In this document: piece after piece, positions 56,918-64,000 of the stretch
Layout: every line of letters starts with the position of its first letter
How positions within the stretch are numbered: position 1 is the first letter of the stretch
Notes under the pieces: model-generated
What the model was told of the DNA's origin: nothing
Database searches by the model: none
Seen by the model: the letters and a program-made list of their open reading frames with translations, nothing else
Program-made: the position numbers and the translations under genes
Source: Caldisericota bacterium
GTDB lineage: Bacteria; Caldisericota; Caldisericia; JAAYUI01
DNA: 64,000 nucleotides
Assembly (NCBI GenBank): GCA_029548865.1
Contig: JAKPMO010000002.1
Coordinates: 1 to 64,000 of the forward strand
Reading direction: 5' to 3'

Positions 56918-57912
56918 TTGTAAAGACACTCAAGGCATCAAACTTCAGACTCCTGGAGGAGTCCCTTTTTGAGTTTAGGGACGGCCTCAACGTCATAGAG
57001 GGCCCAAATGCCACAGGAAAAACAACCATTCTTGAAGCGATCGGATACTGTCTCAGGGGAAAATCCATGCTTGGCAGTCAAGATATTGATGCAGTCTCGT
57101 TTGGTAAAGATTCATTTTATCTAAGAACAGATTTTGACCAGACAACCAAAAGCCGGGTCGAGGTTTCTTTCAATGGTCGGAAAAATGTTTTGCTTGATGG
57201 AAAGCCGGTAAGGAGTTCAAGAGCATTGCTCGAGGCGTTCAAGGTAGTCACAATAACCCCAAATTCCTCCCTGATTGCGGTTGGCCCGCCTTCCCACAGG
57301 AGGGAACTGCTTGACGATACGGCTTCACAGGTAAACCCAGTTTGGTCAGCGATTATTTCTGATTTCAGGGTCGCACTGTCGGAGAGGAACCTTGCCCTTA
57401 AAAACGACAAACCACAAAAACTTGTTGATGTGATGACACTTGATTTTATTGCCCTCTCTAAGAAACTCAGAGAGGCAAGACTGGAAGTTGCCAAAATGAT
57501 CAACAATTTTATGGAAAAAGCAAATACCAGAATGGATTTTAGCTCGTTGCACCCGATTGAAATGGACGATTTTGCAAGGCTGTTGCCTGCCGAGAGGGCA
57601 AGGGGAATGACGCTCATCGGACCGCACAGGGACGACTGTTTCTTTGTGCTTGATGGCAAAAGGGTCGACAAGTTTGCCTCAACAGGCGAGGCAAGGTCAG
57701 TCATGCTTACTGTCAAGATTGCCCAGGCCGATCTTATTTCAAAGATTTCAGGCATAGAGCCGCTTGTCCTGGCTGATGATCTTCTTGCAGAGCTGGACAG
57801 GGAGAGGCAGGAAGCGGCACTTGGATTGCTTTCCAAATATTGCCAGTCGTTTCTGACTTGCGCCTGCAAGGCCCCTGAAGGGTCCTATAATCTCATAAGG
57901 ACAGGCCAATGA
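56914..57912 (+). CDS. recF: DNA replication/repair protein RecF
   Basis: NFR, GPNATGKT, GPPSHRR, GPHRDD, STGE, LADDLLAELD. Confidence 0.92.
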   Translation: MIVKTLKASNFRLLEESLFEFRDGLNVIEGPNATGKTTILEAIGYCLRGKSMLGSQDIDAVSFGKDSFYLRTDFDQTTKSRVEVSFNGRKNVLLDGKPVRSSRALLEAFKVVTITPNSSLIAVGPPSHRRELLDDTASQVNPVWSAIISDFRVALSERNLALKNDKPQKLVDVMTLDFIALSKKLREARLEVAKMINNFMEKANTRMDFSSLHPIEMDDFARLLPAERARGMTLIGPHRDDCFFVLDGKRVDKFASTGEARSVMLTVKIAQADLISKISGIEPLVLADDLLAELDRERQEAALGLLSKYCQSFLTCACKAPEGSYNLIRTGQ

Positions 57913-58394
57913 AGAAATCACCAATCAAAATTGGCCATGTCATGGTTTCGATGAACAAGTCACGGATACCAAAGGCCGTCTCTGCAACGATAATTGCACC
58001 GAGATGGCCATCAATTGTTGGCCCCGCTGTTGCAAGACACACCGAGCCTTATGGATTGCTCAAAGGAAGTCTCCTGGTGAGGTGCGACAGTTCCACCTGG
58101 AGCGCGGAGCTTGCCAACCACAAGAGCCTTATTGTCGAGAACATAACAAAAATACTTGGAAAAGACTTTGTCAATGAGATAAAGATAACAATTGCCAAAT
58201 CGCAGCCAAATAAAAAAATCGCTCCAAAAGAACCGGAGTATTCAAAAATTGCCCTGTCTGATCAGGAAGTGGCGATGGTTGAAGATGTGAGTGGCATGGT
58301 GCCAAAAGACCTGAAGAAAGATTTTGGCGAAGCTATGGCTTCGTATATCATAAGAAAGAAATCTTTTTCAAAAGAAGATTTTTTTAATAACTGA
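57909..58394 (+). CDS. dciA: DUF721/DciA helicase loader-like protein
   Basis: WPSIVG..VARHTEP..L..G.L.V.CDSSTWSAEL; follows recF. Confidence 0.85.
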   Translation: MKKSPIKIGHVMVSMNKSRIPKAVSATIIAPRWPSIVGPAVARHTEPYGLLKGSLLVRCDSSTWSAELANHKSLIVENITKILGKDFVNEIKITIAKSQPNKKIAPKEPEYSKIALSDQEVAMVEDVSGMVPKDLKKDFGEAMASYIIRKKSFSKEDFFNN

Positions 58395-58414
58395 ATTTTT
58401 GGGAGTGTGAAACT

Positions 58415-59164
58415 ATGGATTTGACGAAATCAGCAGGACTTGAAGTTTATTTTGATCCGGAGAACGGGGAGCTTATTTTCCCGCAGATACCAGATTTTTC
58501 TGGCCCGGCCATCAGAAAACTTGACGATGCAAGGGATTTCCTTATGGACCCTCAAAGTACTGGGCCTGACGTGCTCTACTGGATGTACAGGGGTGTTTCT
58601 TTGCCCCAGGACAGGGAGAAAATTGAATCGGCCAATTTGAGATACGATATAACCGTCCTCTCACCCGGGAAAATTGGAAAAGAGTATGTGAAGACAATTG
58701 GCCACTACCATCCAAAAACACCTGGTGGCGAGGCCTATCCTGAAATCTATGAAGTCCTCTTTGGAAATGCCCTGTTTTTTTTGCAGGATTGGAACATGGG
58801 TGATGCCGTTGTGATTGAAGCTGACAGGGGCGCACAGATCCTTATCCCGCCAGGATATGGTCACGTCACAGTCAATCCATCAAAAGATTTTCTTGTAACA
58901 GCCAATGTCATCTCAAGCAAGTTTACCTCTGAATATGATATCTTCAGAGAACACCACGGTGGTTGCTATTATTGTGTTGAAGGTGGGAACGAAAAGATAT
59001 GGGTTGTAAATCCTTCCTACTACAAACACCCCCCTCTCAGGTTTCTCGGCCCGACAGAAATGCCTGTGCTAAATGGTCTTTTTGGCAGTCTCTACGAGAG
59101 CCTCGCAAAAGACCCCAAAATTTTTGTTTGCATGAACATACCGGAGATGTGTCCGGCATTCTGA
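58415..59164 (+). CDS. Cupin-type (archaeal-type) glucose-6-phosphate isomerase family protein
   Basis: LRYDITV..PG.IGKEYVKTIGHYH, PEIYEV, IPPGYGHVTVN. Confidence 0.85.
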   Translation: MDLTKSAGLEVYFDPENGELIFPQIPDFSGPAIRKLDDARDFLMDPQSTGPDVLYWMYRGVSLPQDREKIESANLRYDITVLSPGKIGKEYVKTIGHYHPKTPGGEAYPEIYEVLFGNALFFLQDWNMGDAVVIEADRGAQILIPPGYGHVTVNPSKDFLVTANVISSKFTSEYDIFREHHGGCYYCVEGGNEKIWVVNPSYYKHPPLRFLGPTEMPVLNGLFGSLYESLAKDPKIFVCMNIPEMCPAF

Positions 59165-59188
59165 TACTTTGCGTTTGGAAGACCAAAC

Positions 59189-59221
59189 AAAAAAGCCATC
59201 CCTTTGGGGGATGGCTTTTTT
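59189..59221. terminator. Bidirectional intrinsic terminator
   Basis: AAAAAAGCCATCCC...GGGATGGCTTTTTT. Confidence 0.9.
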
Positions 59222-59247
59222 GTTATTGGCTAGTTTGTTGTTTTGTA

Positions 59248-62200
59248 TCAGGGGGTTGCGCTCTCGTCGCCAAGGGTGGCGCCCCAATTCATGCACAGTA
59301 TGATGAGGTCCATTCCATCAACGATTCCATCCTCGTTGAAATCTGCCCTTGCGTCAAAGTTCGGATCTCCTCTTGAGAGCCCAAATGTCTTGCCAAGGAG
59401 CGTGAGGTCCTGAGTGTCGACCTTTCCATCGCCGTTTACGTCTCCTGGGAGGAAGCCAGACACTGTCAGTTTGAGCGTTGGTTCGGTCCCTGTCATTGTC
59501 CTCACCGAGACAAACCCGTTGTTGCAGTCAAAAACCTTTATATTGGCAATCCTGACCCTGGTTTCCTGGGTGATGTTTGTTCCCTTGACTTGCACCCTGC
59601 AGAAAACGCCGGTGCCTGATATTGGTCCTGCACCCTGTTCCCTTGTTGAAGCAACATGGGCGATGCCTATGTTCGAATCGACTGTCCTCACGAATGCTGA
59701 TCTCTTCAGGTCAGTTGTCATAAGTGGACCCTCGGTGATGTCGATGATCTCGATTGCAAGTGGATCATAGATGATGTCGAATTCTACCGCGCAGGCATTG
59801 GTGAGGTTGCCAATTTCAATATCGACAGTATCGGAAGCCTTCTTTTTCAGGCCTTTGTATTCTGGCGTGAACTTGACCATTTGTGGCGAGTCTGTCTTGT
59901 AGACCCTCAGCAGAACATCCCTTGAGGCCACCCTCTGGCCTCCGCCTATGCCAACTGTTTGGAACAGGCATTCCTTTAGTCCTTTTTGCAGTGCATCGGC
60001 ATCACCATCAAGGAAGGTCGGCGGGACCTTGATGAGGCATACGACTCTCTGGGTGAGCCTGCTTGGAGCAAGTCTTTTTGGCAGGAACTCGTATTCAATG
60101 CCCTTGCATGCCTCTCGTTGGTTGAGCGAGAAAGCAACGGAAGCGTTGAAGTTTGATGTCATGTTGACTTCAAACACTGCCATGGCCATCTGGCCGGCGG
60201 ATATCTGGAGTATGCCCTCCTTGGGGCTTATCGAGAACCCGCCCTGTTCTTTCTTTACAGTGAGGATGAAGCTGACCTGCATCTTCGGAGCTTTTCGTCC
60301 GGAGTTCGTGACGATGGTTACTCGCTTGCCGTCTATCGGTTGTCCTAGGAATTCTGACTGGATGACCAGTGACACGACACCTGAAGAGACAACTTCGCTT
60401 GGTTTGAATGTGAATGTCACTCCCGGGAAGTCATTTTTGCCAAGCACTTCAAATGTGACAGGCAGATTATATCCTTCGAGGAAGTCAACTGCGATGCCAA
60501 CTTCTTTTGTTTCACCGAGCCACATCACTATGTCCCTGTCATCCGGGTTTGCCAGTTTTGACCTGTAATCGCCAGGAACAGGCGGCTCAACAACAAGTGT
60601 GACCGGGAAGGTGTGTGATTTGCATCCGCCCTCTGCCCTGAATGTGAGGTTGTACAGGCCAGGGGCCGTGTTTTTGGCTATATCCAGTTTGTATTTCGAT
60701 TTTCCTGGAACAGGTGTAATGATTGGGGCAAATGACCCTGTAACACCCTTTGGAAGGCCGTCGATAGACAATGACACTGCACCCACAAATCCACCTGCCG
60801 CGTCAATCGTGAGTCCGATTTCAGCCGGTTCTCCTGCGTAAAGCGTTACTTTTGTTGTATTTGCCGTGAATGTGAAGTCTCCGGGTGCAGGTTTCCTTAC
60901 TACAAGGCTGATGGTGGCGCTTCTCTCAAACCCTGCGCCGTATGCCTGGATGACCATGATATGTGTTCCTTCCGGACAACCTTCACCGACGCTTATCGAC
61001 AGTGTTGTGGTTCCGGAAGCTGACAGGGTGTCAGGGCTGAATGTTGTTGTTGTGTCTGGTGGTGCCTGGATTATTTTGAACCTGACCGCAGTCTTGAGCG
61101 GGATTTCTGATCTGAAGAATATGTTGAGCGGCATTGATGTTCCCTGGCAAATGACCGGACTGCCTGTCTCTGGGGCAAGACCAAATCCCCACTTCTGGGC
61201 CCAGGCCATGACATGGCCGTCTTCGGTTGCATAATACAGCATCCTTCTGGAGAATGTCAGATGGGACTTGCTTGGCCTGTTTGTTTTGATGGTAAAAACA
61301 GTTTTCCCGTTTGGATCAAAGCAGTATATCTGGCCGTCCTTGTTGTAGACCATGGACTGGGCGTCTTTGTCGATTATCACGGAACCATAGGAATACTGTC
61401 TCTTTTCACAGCTCCATTCGCCGATGACATTGTCGAGGATTTTCTGCCTGTTTTCCGATTCGACCCTCACGAACCTGTTTGTCTGTGTCCTTATTTCTGG
61501 AGTGATACCCCAGTTTGCGTTGACATGGACAACATCCTTGTCCGGGTTGATCCTGAGTGCCGGCGAGCCAAAAGTTGGTCCGAAGGTTGCCAGTTGCCAA
61601 CGCATCGAGCCGTCAGATATATTGTTCCTGTATATCATCGAGCTGCCGTAGCAGTAGTTGTCGTCCGTGGCGCCCTGGGCACCTGCAAAGTAGAATTCGC
61701 CTTTGTCAACATCGACGGGGCAAGCGTTGATTGGTTGGGACTTGAAGAATTCTGATGCCCAGTACTTGGTCCCATCCTGGGCGTCAAGCTCATAAACCTT
61801 GCCATCCATGCATGGGACAAGGACCGTTCCCTTATTTACTTGCGGGACCCTGTTGAACGCATAGGAGAATGGGGCGTAGCAGGATGCCGGGAGCTGCTGC
61901 TTCCATATTATTGTGTCAATATCGGTGTGGGCTGCCATACAGTAGACCGTGCCGTTGACTGTTGCGAAATATACCCTCTTTGTTGGTACCTCTGGCTGTT
62001 TGAGTAGGAGCACAGACGTTCTGATTGGTTTTGTCGTGTTGTAGCTCCACACCCTCTGGCCGGTCTTTGTGTTGATGCAATAGAAGTTCCCGTCGAGAGA
62101 GCCGATGTATATGTAGCCGTTTTCGGTGTCGAGTGCCGGGGTGCACATGACTGGCCACTGCTTGTCTTCGTTGTCATCGAAGTTGTCGACTTCCGAGACA

Positions 62201-63999
62201 GACTTTCCGAAATCGAAGGACCACGCTTTTGTTCCCAGAACAGCATCAAGGCAGATCAGCGAAGATCTGTGTATTCTCGAGTTGTCCTTTGATTCCCATT
62301 CTGCAACAACGAACAGCTTGCCCATACCGTTTATTGGCTGTGTGCGATATCTGACTACGGCCTCCGGGTTGTCATCCGGTTTGAAGCTGAAGTCCCAGCG
62401 TGGTTCCGGATCAGTAAGGAATTTTTCTTTGGAATTGGCGCCTGTTTTGAAGATGTTTTGCTGGAACTGCGTCCAGTCTTCGGTGTCAAATCCGCCAACA
62501 GTAAACCATACGTTTGTGGTCCTCACCTTTCCGCCGGCGTGACCCTGCAGTTCGATTACATATCTGTCTGCCTGTGTGGTGGTGTCTGTCCTGATGACCG
62601 CAGTTGCGTAGCCATCGGGTGTTATCTTGTCCGGAATGAAGTAGACCTGCATGCCCGGCGGGAGTGTCGACTGATTGGGATAGAAGGCCACCTCTGCATT
62701 GAATCCGCCGATAGCCTCGACCTTCACCTGGAACGATATCGAGTCTCCCTGGTTGACGTTTCTGTCAGGAGAGAGCTGGTCCGATGACACTGACAGCTTG
62801 AAGTCGCCTGCCAGTGGCGGAAGGACCTGGATCTGGATAATGGCGTTTCTTTCCCTGCCAAGCAACATTCCGCTTACGTTGCAAATGTAGTTTCCTGGCT
62901 GTGCTTCTGGTGATGCATCAATTATAAGATCAACTTCAACTGGTTCGATTCCAGGGAAAATGAATGGTTTTGAGAACTGGGCCTTCAGGGTGGTTGGCAA
63001 ACCAACCGCAGATAGTGTGAGCGGGTGAGAGAAGTTCATTGTGGCCGAAATAGTTACCTTGAATGATCTCTTGTTGCCTGGGTATATCCCCTCTGACCTC
63101 GGGAGTGCGTCTATTGTGAAATCATCATGATCCGAGAAGGCATACAACCTAGCGTCATTGCAGGCGCAATAAACCATGCCCTCGTTGACGATCGGGTGCC
63201 CGGTTATGGTGTTTCCAAGCGACTGCTTGAATACAACATTGCCCTTTGCGGCATCAATTGCATAAAGCATGTTTGCCGCGCCAAGGACTGCGTATTTTCC
63301 AGAGACTATGATGTCAGTGGTGATGGGCATTCCAAGTTTGTATGACCAGCGCATCCTTCCGGTTGGTGGGTCTATCATATAAACGGTGCCGGTGTCTGAT
63401 CCAATGAGGATTCCAGTGTTTTCTACTACTGGTGGGTTCACGACAGAGGGACCTGCTCTGTGGAATTGGTCAATCTCCATGTTCTTGCCCCAGATGACGT
63501 TGCCAGTCGTTGTGTTGATTCCATAGATTTTTCCCTTTGCACCGAGCACTGATTTGCCCCTTGAGGCGCAAATGAGGAGATTGTAGCTGGGGATGTAGCA
63601 CGGGGTGTTGTTGAACTCATATGCTTCTTTGTCGTCGATGACTGTCTGGGAGATGAGCTTTCCGGTCTTGAGGTCAAGTATTGTCAAAACACCCAGGGTG
63701 TTGAGCTGGAAGATTTTTTGCTCTGCAACAACAGGATCAGATTGTGGGAAGCCGTTGAAACCAAACCCCCATATCCTTGTTCCTGTCTTGTAGTCAAGGG
63801 CGAAGATCGCGCCTTTGTCCACGGTCACAAGGACCATCATCTGCCCTGGCACCAGGCCATCATTTTCACCGACAACTGTAGGGCCTGATGTTATTTGTGC
63901 TGTGCTTCCCTCCGAGCCTGGCGTCCATTGCCATCTCTGGGTGCCTGTTACTGCATCAAAGCAATAAAGCACTGACTGGCGTTCAATCTGTCCGCCGGT
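59248..63999 (-). CDS. Giant surface protein (5' end outside window): PQQ-like propellers, Ig-like repeats, C-terminal cohesin and dockerin
   Basis: Frame open to edge; 'D..TG...W' blades; cohesin-like VDIEI..AVEFDIIYDP..EG; dockerin GDVNGDGKVDTQDL...ADFNEDGIVDGMDL. Confidence 0.85.
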   Translation of the reverse strand, partial: TGGQIERQSVLYCFDAVTGTQRWQWTPGSEGSTAQITSGPTVVGENDGLVPGQMMVLVTVDKGAIFALDYKTGTRIWGFGFNGFPQSDPVVAEQKIFQLNTLGVLTILDLKTGKLISQTVIDDKEAYEFNNTPCYIPSYNLLICASRGKSVLGAKGKIYGINTTTGNVIWGKNMEIDQFHRAGPSVVNPPVVENTGILIGSDTGTVYMIDPPTGRMRWSYKLGMPITTDIIVSGKYAVLGAANMLYAIDAAKGNVVFKQSLGNTITGHPIVNEGMVYCACNDARLYAFSDHDDFTIDALPRSEGIYPGNKRSFKVTISATMNFSHPLTLSAVGLPTTLKAQFSKPFIFPGIEPVEVDLIIDASPEAQPGNYICNVSGMLLGRERNAIIQIQVLPPLAGDFKLSVSSDQLSPDRNVNQGDSISFQVKVEAIGGFNAEVAFYPNQSTLPPGMQVYFIPDKITPDGYATAVIRTDTTTQADRYVIELQGHAGGKVRTTNVWFTVGGFDTEDWTQFQQNIFKTGANSKEKFLTDPEPRWDFSFKPDDNPEAVVRYRTQPINGMGKLFVVAEWESKDNSRIHRSSLICLDAVLGTKAWSFDFGKSVSEVDNFDDNEDKQWPVMCTPALDTENGYIYIGSLDGNFYCINTKTGQRVWSYNTTKPIRTSVLLLKQPEVPTKRVYFATVNGTVYCMAAHTDIDTIIWKQQLPASCYAPFSYAFNRVPQVNKGTVLVPCMDGKVYELDAQDGTKYWASEFFKSQPINACPVDVDKGEFYFAGAQGATDDNYCYGSSMIYRNNISDGSMRWQLATFGPTFGSPALRINPDKDVVHVNANWGITPEIRTQTNRFVRVESENRQKILDNVIGEWSCEKRQYSYGSVIIDKDAQSMVYNKDGQIYCFDPNGKTVFTIKTNRPSKSHLTFSRRMLYYATEDGHVMAWAQKWGFGLAPETGSPVICQGTSMPLNIFFRSEIPLKTAVRFKIIQAPPDTTTTFSPDTLSASGTTTLSISVGEGCPEGTHIMVIQAYGAGFERSATISLVVRKPAPGDFTFTANTTKVTLYAGEPAEIGLTIDAAGGFVGAVSLSIDGLPKGVTGSFAPIITPVPGKSKYKLDIAKNTAPGLYNLTFRAEGGCKSHTFPVTLVVEPPVPGDYRSKLANPDDRDIVMWLGETKEVGIAVDFLEGYNLPVTFEVLGKNDFPGVTFTFKPSEVVSSGVVSLVIQSEFLGQPIDGKRVTIVTNSGRKAPKMQVSFILTVKKEQGGFSISPKEGILQISAGQMAMAVFEVNMTSNFNASVAFSLNQREACKGIEYEFLPKRLAPSRLTQRVVCLIKVPPTFLDGDADALQKGLKECLFQTVGIGGGQRVASRDVLLRVYKTDSPQMVKFTPEYKGLKKKASDTVDIEIGNLTNACAVEFDIIYDPLAIEIIDITEGPLMTTDLKRSAFVRTVDSNIGIAHVASTREQGAGPISGTGVFCRVQVKGTNITQETRVRIANIKVFDCNNGFVSVRTMTGTEPTLKLTVSGFLPGDVNGDGKVDTQDLTLLGKTFGLSRGDPNFDARADFNEDGIVDGMDLIILCMNWGATLGDESATP

Positions 64000-64000
64000 T

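Noticed and set aside
1..64000. CRISPR arrays, tRNA/rRNA, prophage or defence genes
   Set aside because: None recognised; intergenic gaps are short and mostly explained by promoters and terminators. A small ncRNA could still be missed without a covariance search

Overview
Gene-dense 64 kb of bacterial chromosome from an anaerobe. The stalk-domain, PQQ-propeller, SLH and cohesin/dockerin surface proteins suggest a Caldisericota-like lineage, which is an inference and not a database result. I saw no tRNA, rRNA, CRISPR array or mobile element. Housekeeping content includes clpC, mgtE, hrcA-rsmE-mtaB-hit-rpsU-pgpH-ybeY-dgkA-corC-tpiA, arcC with a cmk-plsC fusion, pdxST-yebC-ruvCA, dnaN-recF-dciA and a cupin PGI. 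There is also an oxygen-defence island (perR-rbr-dfx-ftn, an AhpD-GAF fusion, fprA-hrb-TIGR02757). Best leads: (1) an unannotated Pro-containing leader peptide upstream of mgtE with mutually exclusive RNA helices that sequester the mgtE SD, a probable Mg2+ translational attenuator. (2) Three secreted CxxCH proteins carrying cell-surface stalk domains, clustered with an OB-fold protein and a Cys-rich protein. (3) A TlpA plus MacB-type ABC plus Cys-OB-fold operon that shares a paralog and a 12-bp promoter element with the cytochrome cluster. Together (2) and (3) may form an undescribed surface heme/metal redox system. All family assignments come from motif recognition by eye.
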